Below are positions 48,896 to 58,074 of a stretch of 64,000 bases of DNA, one piece after another. The position numbers and the translations under genes were made by a program. The DNA lies in NCBI GenBank assembly GCA_944362765.1, contig CALVTP010000003.1, positions 1,711-65,710 of the forward strand, in the 5' to 3' direction. The notes under the pieces were generated by a model that did no database searches, was not told the DNA's origin, and was given only the letters and a program-made list of their open reading frames with translations. The first letter of the stretch is position 1, and every line of letters begins with the position of its first letter. Source of the DNA: an uncultured Clostridia bacterium. Lineage in GTDB: Bacteria; Bacillota; Clostridia; Christensenellales; DTU072.

Positions 48896-49798
48896 ATGTC
48901 TGAGAATCTGGAAAGCAACAGCCGAACAAAGTTAAACGCCCCGGAAGGGGAGGCAGCTTCGGAGCCTTCTTCCGAAGCCGTTCCGTTATCTTCGGAAACT
49001 TCGAAAACACCTTTGCATGAGGGCGGGGACAAGCCGTTAAGCGACGAAAAGCCCGATAAATCCGACAAAAAGTCACACGAGAAACCCCCTAAAAAAGGTC
49101 TCAAAAAAAGTACGATCTGGACTATCCGCATAACCGTCGTCACGCTGTTTTTAAGCTGCTTTTTCTCGTTTGTATCGGAGCTTGCTTCGACGAAGGCGCA
49201 TTTCAGCATAATGATAATTCTGCTGTTTTTCCTTATTACGCTGTCGATAGCTGCGGACGCGATAGGCGTTGCGGCGACGTCTTGCGACCTGGCGCCGCTG
49301 CTTGCCATGGCGTCCAGAAAGGAACCCGGAAGTAAACAAGCCATTATGCTTGTAAAAAACGCCGAACGCGTCTCCAATATCTGCTGTGACGTAATTGGCG
49401 ATATCTGCAGCATCGTTTCGGGTGCGTGCGCGCTTGCGATAGTCATCAAAATCACAGAGGGCATGAACGAAACGCTGAATATGGTGATATCGATACTCGT
49501 TTCGGGTATAGTCAGCGCGATGACGGTGGGCGGTAAATCGATGTTCAAAAACGTCGCCGTCAATAACTCCAAGGAGCTTATAATGCTGGCGGCGCGGTTC
49601 ATAAGCGTCTTTTCTCCGAAGGACAGAAAGGAAAAAGCCAAACAAAAGCAAAAAGCCATAAAACAGGACAAATCCGACAAGCCTTCCGACAAGAACAAGG
49701 TTAAATCCGATAATCCCGCAAGACCCGTTTCCGCAGCCGATGAAGACGGCAGGAAAGAGGGCTTGGCGGAGACTGGATCCCGCGGAAATGAGGCTTGA
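48896..49798 (+). CDS. oapA: OLE-associated membrane protein OapA (DUF21-like)
   Basis: About 4 TM helices; 'DAIGVAAT...AMASRKEPGSKQAI..VKNAERVSNICCDVIGDICSIVSG', 'AMTVGGKS'; immediately 3' of OLE. Confidence 0.88.
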   Translation: MSENLESNSRTKLNAPEGEAASEPSSEAVPLSSETSKTPLHEGGDKPLSDEKPDKSDKKSHEKPPKKGLKKSTIWTIRITVVTLFLSCFFSFVSELASTKAHFSIMIILLFFLITLSIAADAIGVAATSCDLAPLLAMASRKEPGSKQAIMLVKNAERVSNICCDVIGDICSIVSGACALAIVIKITEGMNETLNMVISILVSGIVSAMTVGGKSMFKNVAVNNSKELIMLAARFISVFSPKDRKEKAKQKQKAIKQDKSDKPSDKNKVKSDNPARPVSAADEDGRKEGLAETGSRGNEA

Positions 49799-50519
49799 CA
49801 ACTACTTATCCGAAGCGGGGCTTGCAAAAAGCCGTACCCGCGCAAAAAACCTTATTCTGACGGGGAAGGTATCCGTCGACGGCTTGGTCGTGCGCAAAGC
49901 CTCTTTCGAAATTCAGCCCGGACAGTCGGTCTCGGTGAATTCGGAAGAGGATTTTTCTTCTTTGGGCGGAATAAAGCTGAAAAATGCCCTCGAAAAGTTC
50001 AATATTTCTCCCGAAGGCAAGGTTTGTATCGATATCGGCGCTTCGAACGGCGGTTTTACCGACGTCATGCTGAGGGCGGGTGCAAAGAAGGTTTATTGCG
50101 TCGATGTCGGCGAATGCGCTCTTCCTGCGGACATGCTGGCGGACGACAGGGTGGAGGTCAGGGACAGGCTGAACGCGAGATTCATTTCCTTTGAAGATAT
50201 CGGCATTCGGGCGGAACTTATCACCGTCGACGTATCGTTTATTTCGTTGAAATTGATTCTTCCGGCGCTTAAACAGTTCATGAACGAGGATACCGCTCTC
50301 ATTGCACTGATAAAACCGCAGTTCGAGGTAGGGAGAGCGTTGCTTTCGAAATCCGGAGTCGTCAAAAATCCCCGCGAAGCCGAAAAAGCCGTTTCGGAAG
50401 TGGTGGCATTTGCCGCCTCGATAGGGCTGAAAGGCTTGGGAGTAGTCGAAATCCCCCGCCTTTTCAAAGACAAAAACCGCGAATATACGGCGTATTTCAA
50501 GCTTCGGAAAGAGGAATAA
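49788..50519 (+). CDS. tlyA: TlyA-family rRNA methyltransferase
   Basis: MRLD S4 domain, DIGASNGGFTD, DVSFISL, LIKPQFE. Confidence 0.95.
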   Translation: MRLDNYLSEAGLAKSRTRAKNLILTGKVSVDGLVVRKASFEIQPGQSVSVNSEEDFSSLGGIKLKNALEKFNISPEGKVCIDIGASNGGFTDVMLRAGAKKVYCVDVGECALPADMLADDRVEVRDRLNARFISFEDIGIRAELITVDVSFISLKLILPALKQFMNEDTALIALIKPQFEVGRALLSKSGVVKNPREAEKAVSEVVAFAASIGLKGLGVVEIPRLFKDKNREYTAYFKLRKEE

Positions 50520-50633
50520 CCTCTCCTTTATTCGTCGTTTTTCAGCTACGGCAGTCATTTTTTATGCATTTTAACGACGGAACATTTCTTTGAAAATTTT
50601 TATCGGAAATATTGAATTCAAGATAAAATTTAA

Positions 50634-50662
50634 TTGCTTTTACATCGCCGAAATATTATAAT
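50634..50662 (+). promoter_or_regulatory. sigmaA promoter (TTGCTT-17-TATAAT), 6 nt before the nadK ATG
   Basis: Read directly from the sequence; no SD. Confidence 0.7.
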
Positions 50663-50668
50663 GAACTT

Positions 50669-51520
50669 ATGAAGATCGGAATTTATGCAAATTTATTCAG
50701 AGATATCGGCGGCAAGATTACTCGCGGACTCTATGAAGAGCTCGAAAAGGAAGGAGTTGACATCTTGCTTTCCGACGAACTGCGCTCTTTGGGGCTTCCC
50801 GGGAGATATTTGAGCCGCATGGCACTGGCGGGCGAAGCCGACGTCATCGTCGTTTTGGGCGGCGACGGCACCGTTTTAAGGATAGCAAAGGAATGCGCAA
50901 GGCAGGACGCGAAGCTCTTTTCAGTCAATCTCGGTCACAGGGGCTTCCTCGCCGAGACCGAAAAACCGGGTTTTGTGCGCGGCATGATAAAGGAAGTGCT
51001 GCACGGCGAATATATCGTAGACACGCGCTCTTTTTTGGAAGCGAGAGTCAAGGGTAACAAATTTTACGCGCTGAACGAAGTCGTCGTGGCAAGAGGTTCA
51101 AGGACGCGCGTCGTAAAATGCGAAGTCAGGATAGACGGCGGATTGATGGATAAATATATCGCCGACGGCGTCATTGTTTCGACGCCTACCGGTTCCACCG
51201 GTTACAACCTGTCTGCTGGCGGTCCCATCGTATCTCCGGACGTCGAAGCGCTGGTCATAACTCCGATAAGCGCGCACTCGATGCATTCAAGACCGATTGT
51301 CGTCAACGACAGAAGCGAGGTTTGGATAGAGATACAGCATGCCGAGCCCCATGCCCACCTGAATATAGACGGCGAGGACGTACTCAACCTTGCGGACGGC
51401 GATTCCGTCACGGTCACTCATTCCGACCTTAAAATCGGGTTTGTGCGCCTGAAAGGATACAACTACTACGAAAGATTATTGGATAAAATGCGTTATTGGA
51501 ACGCCTTCGACAACGATTAA
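50669..51520 (+). CDS. nadK: NAD kinase
   Basis: LGGDGT, ALNE, ADGVIVSTPTGSTGYNLSAGGP. Confidence 0.96.
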   Translation: MKIGIYANLFRDIGGKITRGLYEELEKEGVDILLSDELRSLGLPGRYLSRMALAGEADVIVVLGGDGTVLRIAKECARQDAKLFSVNLGHRGFLAETEKPGFVRGMIKEVLHGEYIVDTRSFLEARVKGNKFYALNEVVVARGSRTRVVKCEVRIDGGLMDKYIADGVIVSTPTGSTGYNLSAGGPIVSPDVEALVITPISAHSMHSRPIVVNDRSEVWIEIQHAEPHAHLNIDGEDVLNLADGDSVTVTHSDLKIGFVRLKGYNYYERLLDKMRYWNAFDND

Positions 51521-51534
51521 AGAGGAATGTTTTT

Positions 51535-52008
51535 ATGGTTCGCGACAATTCAGGAAACAACAAAACCGACAGAAAAAACTATATAAAGATAGCCGTCGCC
51601 GAGGCGGGAATAGGTACCCAGCGCGAAATCGTGGAGTTTTTAAGGCGCGCGGGTTTTCAGGCGACGCAAGCCACGGTCTCGAGAGATATCCAGGAACTCG
51701 GGCTGGTCAAAGAGGGGCAGCCCGGCGGAGGCTTCCGCTACGTCATGCCGCCCGATCCGAAGATTCAGAAGCTGCGTACTCTTTTCAGCGAATCGGTTGT
51801 AAAGATAGATTTCAGCGAAAATTTCATCGTCGTTCATACGCTTTCCGGTTCCGCGAACACTGCCGCATCGCTGATAGATGAACTTAAAGAGGACTCCGTC
51901 ATGGGCTCCATAGCGGGCGACGATACCATTCTTATAATGATAAAAGACAAACAAAAAACGGCTTCTATTGCCGACAAATTAAAGGAAATCGCTCTGCAAA
52001 CGAAATGA
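51535..52008 (+). CDS. argR: Arginine repressor
   Basis: TQATVSRDI, GSIAGDDTI. Confidence 0.95.
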   Translation: MVRDNSGNNKTDRKNYIKIAVAEAGIGTQREIVEFLRRAGFQATQATVSRDIQELGLVKEGQPGGGFRYVMPPDPKIQKLRTLFSESVVKIDFSENFIVVHTLSGSANTAASLIDELKEDSVMGSIAGDDTILIMIKDKQKTASIADKLKEIALQTK

Positions 52009-53708
52009 TTACCAATCTTTACGTCAAAAATATAGCTTTGATAAAGGAGCTGGAGCTCGAACTCGGCGAGGGGTTGAACGTGCTGACGGGAGAAACGGGC
52101 GCCGGGAAATCGATAATCATCGATTCGCTGAATTTCGTTTTGGGAGACCGCGCCGACAGGAGCCTTATAAGTCACGGCGAAGCTTCCGCCTCCGTCTCCG
52201 TTACCTTCTGGGACAAAAAGGGGGCGGCGAAGCAGGTGCTGGAGGAGTACGGTATAGAATCCGACGATTCTATAACGGTAAGGCGCACCATGCACGAAAA
52301 CGGACGCGGTGAAGCGCGCGTCAACAACATCCCCGTCACCGTTCAGCAGCTCAGAAAATTGATGGCGCGACTGGTGTCCGTGCATTCGCAGCACGAAAGT
52401 CAGCGCGCGCTGGACGAAAACAGTCATCTCGAAATTCTGGATAAGTTCCGCGCAAAAGGCTCTCAGGATCGGCTTTTGTCGGCGTATAAAAACGCCTTTT
52501 CGCTCTTTAAATCGGCTTCCGAACGCCTTAGAAGCTTCGGGAACGCCGCGGAGCGCGAAAGAAGAGCGGAAATGCTGAGGTACGAAATCGAGGAAATCAA
52601 CGCAGTGGATCCGAAGCCCGGCGAGGAAGAGGAGCTTCTTTCGCGCAGGATGAAGGCAAGAAACTCCGAGCGCATAGTCTCCGGGATACAGGCGGCACTG
52701 ACGCTTCTGGAGGGTTCCGACGAAAGTTTCGGCGCTCTCAGCGCGGTGCGTTATGCGTTGAGGGAACTCGGCGCAATGGAAAGATTTGCCGATTTTTCGG
52801 AGTATTCGGAGCGGCTTGAAAGCGTTTCTACGGAAATCGATGACCTTGCCCGAGCGTTGAGAGCCGAGGCGGACTCCGTCGATATGGACCCCGAAGAAGC
52901 CGAGCAAGTGGATAAACGCCTTGAAGACGTAAGACGCATAAAACGTCGTTACGGCGCGAGCGAAGAGCTCCCCGCTTACCTTAAAAAAGCTTCAGACGAG
53001 CTAAACGAACTGGAAAACGCCGAGGAAACCATCCGTGAACTTATGAAAACGCGGGAAGAAGCGTTGGAACAGTGCCGCGATCTATCGGCGAAGCTGCACG
53101 CCGCAAGAGAGGAGGCGGGAAAAGAATTTGCCGCCAAAATCACCGAAAATCTAAGGGAGCTCGGCATGAAGAACGCCGAATTCAAAGCCGACGTCGTTTT
53201 CTCGGAGTGCGGCGAGAACGGAGCGGGTCTTGCCGAAAACGGTTCCGACACCGTCAGATTTCTGATTTCTCCGAATCTGGGCGAGCCGCTGAAACCTCTT
53301 GCCAAAATCGCGTCGGGCGGCGAGGCGTCACGCTTCATGCTCGGACTGAAAAGAGTTACTGCGGAGCTTGAAGAAATCGACTCGCTGGTTTTTGACGAAA
53401 TCGATACCGGGATCTCCGGGAAAATTGCGATGGTCGTTTCCGAAAAGCTCGTCGATATTTCACGCTCGAGACAGGTCGTCGCCGTCACCCACCTTGCACA
53501 GCTCGGGGCGATGGCAGACATACACTTTCTTATCGAAAAGCACGAAAAGGGTGGCAGGACGTTCACGGAAATTTCCCGCCTCGACAGGGACGGGGAGCTG
53601 AAAGAGCTCGTCAGACTGATGGGCGGAGTGGGTCCCGACAAGCTTTCGACTGAAAACGCAAAAGAGCTTAAAAAGTGGGCTGATAGCTATAAAAGCAATA
53701 TAAAATAA
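52005..53708 (+). CDS. recN: DNA repair protein RecN
   Basis: TGETGAGKS, IASGGEASR, FDEIDTGISG. Confidence 0.97.
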   Translation: MITNLYVKNIALIKELELELGEGLNVLTGETGAGKSIIIDSLNFVLGDRADRSLISHGEASASVSVTFWDKKGAAKQVLEEYGIESDDSITVRRTMHENGRGEARVNNIPVTVQQLRKLMARLVSVHSQHESQRALDENSHLEILDKFRAKGSQDRLLSAYKNAFSLFKSASERLRSFGNAAERERRAEMLRYEIEEINAVDPKPGEEEELLSRRMKARNSERIVSGIQAALTLLEGSDESFGALSAVRYALRELGAMERFADFSEYSERLESVSTEIDDLARALRAEADSVDMDPEEAEQVDKRLEDVRRIKRRYGASEELPAYLKKASDELNELENAEETIRELMKTREEALEQCRDLSAKLHAAREEAGKEFAAKITENLRELGMKNAEFKADVVFSECGENGAGLAENGSDTVRFLISPNLGEPLKPLAKIASGGEASRFMLGLKRVTAELEEIDSLVFDEIDTGISGKIAMVVSEKLVDISRSRQVVAVTHLAQLGAMADIHFLIEKHEKGGRTFTEISRLDRDGELKELVRLMGGVGPDKLSTENAKELKKWADSYKSNIK

Positions 53709-53812
53709 GCTATTTTATGAATTAAGTATTATATAAATTACCTTATTTTAGAATACTCGACACAGAATATTACACTGCAAATACCGCAAAATAGCCATTA
53801 GAGGTATTTGCC

Positions 53813-55153
53813 ATGTTTGTGTTTAAACGGCACGGCTTGAAGTACGTGCCTATAATTTTGACCGTTTTGATTTTCGCGTCTTTAATGACGGGTGCCGTAT
53901 CGGGTTTCGGTCTCACCAATGGTGTCTTCGTCGGCTATGCCGAAGGATCGGGTGGATGCGAGCGCGCGTTTGTAAATCATGCCGAAGGGTTCGGGTACAA
54001 CGAATACGCTTTCGTTAGTCATGCCGAAGGATTAAGGAATGCGGGATGTAATTACACCGGTCAAGCCGAAGCGTCGGGTGGCGCCGAAAGCGCCTCCTTT
54101 GCTCGTTTCGAAGGATTGGGGGACAACGAAAGTACTTTGTTGAACTCCGCTGAGTTTTCGGAATATGCGGTCCCGGAGACACTTCGGATTGACGAATCTT
54201 TCAAAAGAGGCGTGGACGAAGAAGCCGTCGAGGGCGGTGAAAGCGTATTTTTAGGCGGTATGCCGATAGGGCTGAATCTTCAATCTTCTTCTCCGGTTTG
54301 TAAGGATTTCGTCGTTATTGTCACCAAAGAGGGCACCAGAACGCCCGCCCTTGACGCAGGTATCAAAAAGGGGGATATGCTGACGGAGCTGAACGGGCAT
54401 AAGTTAAACTCCGTTTCCGATATCGGCGAGGCGCTGAAAAACGTATCGGGCGCCGTCTCTTTTAAAGCACTGCGTGACGGCAAACTCGTCGAGGGGAGCA
54501 TTCTTCCTGCCCTTGACGCCGCCACCGGCGCCATGAAAATCGGCGTAATCGTCAAAGACGGCATCTCGGGAGTGGGGACGGTGACTTTTGTCAAGGAAAA
54601 CGGCGACGTCTGCACCCTCGGGCACCGCATTTCTGACGGCGACGAAGCCTCAGGATACTTCTCGACCGGTTCATTTTTCGAGTGCAAAATTTTAGGCGTT
54701 CACAAGAGCTCAAAAGGGGAGCCGGGCGCGCTGAAAGGAGCCTTCAATCCTGCCTCGACTCCTATCGGAAAGATAGATAAAAACACTGATTTTGGCGTTT
54801 ACGGTAATATATCCGACAAAAATTTCTACTCCGGTCTCAGAAAAATTTTACTTGATTCTTCCGGAGTGATGCCCGGGAAAGCCACCGTTTTCACAACCCT
54901 TTCCGGGACGGAACCTAAGGAGTATGACGTCGAGATAGTCACCGTATCCGGGCAGCGTTCCCCGGCGATAAAGAGCATGGTCATCCGCGTCACCGACCCC
55001 GAACTGAAGGACGTCGCAGGCGGCATCGTGCAGGGGATGTCTGGGTCTCCCGTCGTGCAGAACGGAAAGCTTGTCGGAGCCGTCACTCACGTTTTCGTCA
55101 ACGACCCGATTTTGGGGTACGGTATCTATGCCGAATGGCTGAAAGCGGGCTGA
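53813..55153 (+). CDS. spoIVB: SpoIVB peptidase (S55) with a PDZ domain
   Basis: GVGTVTF, LGHRISD, GGIVQGMSGSPVVQNGKLVGAVTHVF. Confidence 0.92.
   Translation: MFVFKRHGLKYVPIILTVLIFASLMTGAVSGFGLTNGVFVGYAEGSGGCERAFVNHAEGFGYNEYAFVSHAEGLRNAGCNYTGQAEASGGAESASFARFEGLGDNESTLLNSAEFSEYAVPETLRIDESFKRGVDEEAVEGGESVFLGGMPIGLNLQSSSPVCKDFVVIVTKEGTRTPALDAGIKKGDMLTELNGHKLNSVSDIGEALKNVSGAVSFKALRDGKLVEGSILPALDAATGAMKIGVIVKDGISGVGTVTFVKENGDVCTLGHRISDGDEASGYFSTGSFFECKILGVHKSSKGEPGALKGAFNPASTPIGKIDKNTDFGVYGNISDKNFYSGLRKILLDSSGVMPGKATVFTTLSGTEPKEYDVEIVTVSGQRSPAIKSMVIRVTDPELKDVAGGIVQGMSGSPVVQNGKLVGAVTHVFVNDPILGYGIYAEWLKAG
53924..54175 (+). repeat. Degenerate 42-bp / 14-aa tandem repeat in the spoIVB 5' region
   Basis: VFVGYAEGSGGCER / AFVNHAEGFGYNEY / AFVSHAEGLRNAGC / NYTGQAEASGGAES / ASFARFEGLGDNES / TLLNSAEFSEY. 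Confidence 0.75.
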
Positions 55154-55195
55154 GAAAATTGGCATATTTTGCCGGGAAAGCGCATATTTTTAGGT

Positions 55196-55810
55196 ATGTT
55201 AGCGAAACTCGGCTGTTACATAAAAGAGTTAATTTCCGACATAAAAAAGGAAGTTTCGGAAAACAAATATCACTTTTATCTTATTGTCGGTTCATTTGCG
55301 CTGGGGCTTTTGGCGGCTTTGGCGTTCGATTATTCCTCCGTCACCACCACCAACAATTTCGTCTTCGTCATGATCGAAGGAGCGACCTCGCCCATACCGG
55401 AGTTTTTACGGCTGACGCTGACGCTTGCGACGGTTTACGGCGTACTGTTTTTCGCTACAGCCACGATTTATACTTATTATGCCGCCGTCTATATCGGACC
55501 GGGAATTGCTTCTTATATCGTATTCAGGCGGGCGTTCGGAGCCGTTGCCGTTCAGGCGACCTCAGGACTTATATACACGATTTTGTTTGTTTTGCCGCTT
55601 TCGGCGTTCACTTTGGTAGCTTTTTCGGTACTTTCTGCCGAAATCAAGCCGATAGTGCTCTCTTCCGGGCGCGGAAAGAGTCGTCTTCCGGTAAAATGCA
55701 ACGCCGCCGCACTTTGGGCAAAATTCAAGCCGGTTCTGATTTTAAACGCTGCAATAATATTTGCTTTTTGGTTGATTTTTTATTTGATACTGCTCTTTTT
55801 TGTTAAATAA
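55196..55810 (+). CDS. Multi-pass membrane protein, possibly SpoIIM-like
   Basis: About 5 TM helices, ~204 aa; sporulation context; sigmaE-like promoter upstream. Family assignment is tentative. Confidence 0.5.
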   Translation: MLAKLGCYIKELISDIKKEVSENKYHFYLIVGSFALGLLAALAFDYSSVTTTNNFVFVMIEGATSPIPEFLRLTLTLATVYGVLFFATATIYTYYAAVYIGPGIASYIVFRRAFGAVAVQATSGLIYTILFVLPLSAFTLVAFSVLSAEIKPIVLSSGRGKSRLPVKCNAAALWAKFKPVLILNAAIIFAFWLIFYLILLFFVK

Positions 55811-55888
55811 CTTCAAAAAAATCTTTCGGCGTTCACTCTTTGCATAAAACGGAGATTTTTCGAGAAACTACTTGCGAGGTGAAATGCT

Positions 55889-57100
55889 ATGACAAAAACG
55901 AGAATGCTTTCCGTTTTCGGAAAAATTGCATTGATTATTGCGATGTTTGCGGTGCTTTTTGCAGGTTTTTCTATTTTTTCGTCGGGCGGAATCGCCAGCG
56001 CAAAAGGAGAGAAATCGCTTGGCGAATATACTTCGCGCGCCGCTTATCTTATCGATTACGACTCCGGAGAAGTGCTGTTTGAACGCAATGCCGACAGTCG
56101 CTACCCGATTGCAAGTATGGTTAAAATCATGACTCTGTCATTGGTTTTTGATGAAATTCAGAAGGGAAATCTTACTGTCGATAAGGTGGTGACGGTCAGT
56201 GAAGAGGCGGCTTCGATGGGCGGTTCCCAGATGTTTCTGGACGCCGGCAGCAACTACAAAATCGGCGATCTGATAAAGGGCGTCGTCGTGGCTTCGGCAA
56301 ACGACGCATCGGTGGCTCTCGCCGAGGAAGTAGCCGGTTCAAAAGAGGCTTTTGTGGAGCTGATGAACGAAAAGGCGGCGGAAGCGGGGCTTGAAAACAC
56401 CCGTTTTATAAACGTCACGGGGCTTCCCGGCGAAGGTCAGTATTCTTCTGCAAAGGATGTCACAAAAATGCTCTCTTATCTCATAAAACATCCCGTTTAT
56501 TTTGATTATTCGACGATTTATATGGAAAACTTCACTCATCCGAGCGGCAGGATTTCCGAACTTGTCAACACCAATAAGCTGGTCAGGTTCTATAAGGGAT
56601 GTGACGGCGGCAAGACGGGCTTCACTTCCGACGCCATGTATTGTCTTTCGGCTACCGCAAAGCGCGGCGACATGCGTGTCATCGCGACGGTTCTCGGAGC
56701 CGAGAGCTCTGCCGTCAGGAACAAGGAAGTTTCCTCGCTTTTCAACTATGCTTTCGGCAATTATAACTCGGTTTGCTACCTGAAAAAAGGGGAACCCGTC
56801 ACTTTGGAACTCAATATAAAGGGGGCGAAGGATAAGTTGTTCGAAGTGGGAGCAGAAAAGACGCTCGCGGTGCTTGAAAAGAGAGGCGAAAAGGGACAGT
56901 ATACTTTGGAATACTCCGTTGACCAAAATCTCGCGGCTCCGCTGAAAGCGGGCGACAAAGTGGGTACGGTCAGATTGGTGTCTGTCCGCACGAAGGACGT
57001 CCGATGCCAAGCCGCACTCATATTGCTTTCCGACGCAGACAAAATGAGCTACGGAGATTCGCTGGATAAAATTTTCGACGACTGGTTCATGGGAATATAA
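55889..57100 (+). CDS. dacF: D-alanyl-D-alanine carboxypeptidase (S11, DacF-like)
   Basis: IASMVK, SMGGSQMFL, SANDA, LVNTNKLVRFY, GKTGFT; sigmaF-like GCATA-15-GAGAAACTA upstream. Confidence 0.85.
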   Translation: MTKTRMLSVFGKIALIIAMFAVLFAGFSIFSSGGIASAKGEKSLGEYTSRAAYLIDYDSGEVLFERNADSRYPIASMVKIMTLSLVFDEIQKGNLTVDKVVTVSEEAASMGGSQMFLDAGSNYKIGDLIKGVVVASANDASVALAEEVAGSKEAFVELMNEKAAEAGLENTRFINVTGLPGEGQYSSAKDVTKMLSYLIKHPVYFDYSTIYMENFTHPSGRISELVNTNKLVRFYKGCDGGKTGFTSDAMYCLSATAKRGDMRVIATVLGAESSAVRNKEVSSLFNYAFGNYNSVCYLKKGEPVTLELNIKGAKDKLFEVGAEKTLAVLEKRGEKGQYTLEYSVDQNLAAPLKAGDKVGTVRLVSVRTKDVRCQAALILLSDADKMSYGDSLDKIFDDWFMGI

Positions 57101-57114
57101 ATAGAGAAAATTAC

Positions 57115-57144
57115 AAAAGACCGCGGCTCGGACCGCGGTTTTTT
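57115..57144 (+). terminator. Intrinsic terminator after dacF
   Basis: ACCGCGG-CTCGGA-CCGCGGTTTTTT. Confidence 0.8.
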
Positions 57145-57344
57145 CGTACGTAAGGTGCTGCAAAAGTGGGATATTCACCCGAAACTTTCTTTTTACCCGA
57201 TATTTTCAGCCCGGCGCTTCGCCGCTCTCTGAGCGAACAAAAGCGCGAATAAAAATAAGTAAAATCACGGACACGCTATTGACGGGCATATTAATTATAT
57301 ATATAATAAAAATGCAGATTGAGTTCTGCGTGTTGCGGCAACAT

Positions 57345-58073
57345 ATGTTTATTTACCAGGTTATGATGATCGACGGCGATTTCGTCGTCAAGATAGTTTT
57401 GATATTGGCATTCGTGCTTGCGGCGATGACAGCCATCGTGGTGCACGAATTTTCTCATGCCTTTGTTGCGAAACTGAACGGAGACTATACCGCCAAGCTT
57501 GCCGGCAGAATGACGTTGAATCCCGTCAAACATTTTGATCCGATAGGGCTTCTGATGATGCTTTTGGTAGGGTTCGGCTGGGCAAAGCCCGTTCCGATAA
57601 ATTCCGATAATTTCACAAGGTACAGACGGGGAATGCTTACCGTTTCCGCCGCGGGAGTGACGGCGAACCTTCTGATGGCGGGAGCGGGGCTTCTTTTGCT
57701 GTTCCTGCTGATGCCGATGCTCTATGTTGCATTCGCGGGCAGCGCCTTCGTCGTCTATATTCAATACTTCGTCCGCTATTTTCTGGAGTTTTCGGTGGTG
57801 TTCGACTTTATGCTGGCGCTTTTCAATCTGCTGCCTGTCTATCCGCTGGACGGATACAATATTGTCGCCACTCTTTTTCCGAAAGCCACCGGTTACCGCA
57901 ATTTCATGGTGCGCTACGGCACCTGGATATTGCTCGGATATATCGTTTTGTCGAACGTTTTCGACGCGTTGGGGCTGTGGTATCTCGACATCTTCGGAAT
58001 GTTCAATTCGGTGATCTACGATCTGATGGGACTGGTTGAGCGGGCGTCCCTGGCCATCTTTTTGCAGGTGTAA
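57345..58073 (+). CDS. Site-2 protease family (M50) membrane metalloprotease
   Basis: HEFSH, GFGWAKPVP, FNLLPVYPLDG; TTGACG-17-TATAAT promoter at 57279-57307. The exact start is uncertain. Confidence 0.9.
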   Translation: MFIYQVMMIDGDFVVKIVLILAFVLAAMTAIVVHEFSHAFVAKLNGDYTAKLAGRMTLNPVKHFDPIGLLMMLLVGFGWAKPVPINSDNFTRYRRGMLTVSAAGVTANLLMAGAGLLLLFLLMPMLYVAFAGSAFVVYIQYFVRYFLEFSVVFDFMLALFNLLPVYPLDGYNIVATLFPKATGYRNFMVRYGTWILLGYIVLSNVFDALGLWYLDIFGMFNSVIYDLMGLVERASLAIFLQV

Positions 58074-58074
58074 A

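Noticed and set aside
48566-49076. ORFs 48566..48829 (+) and 48720..49076 (-)
   Set aside because: They lie within the OLE RNA or oapA and show no protein features.
21237-52907. Long antisense ORFs (21237..22430, 22516..23385, 24411..25289, 42379..43467, 48862..49845, 51834..52907)
   Set aside because: They lie opposite well-conserved genes and are explained by codon bias.
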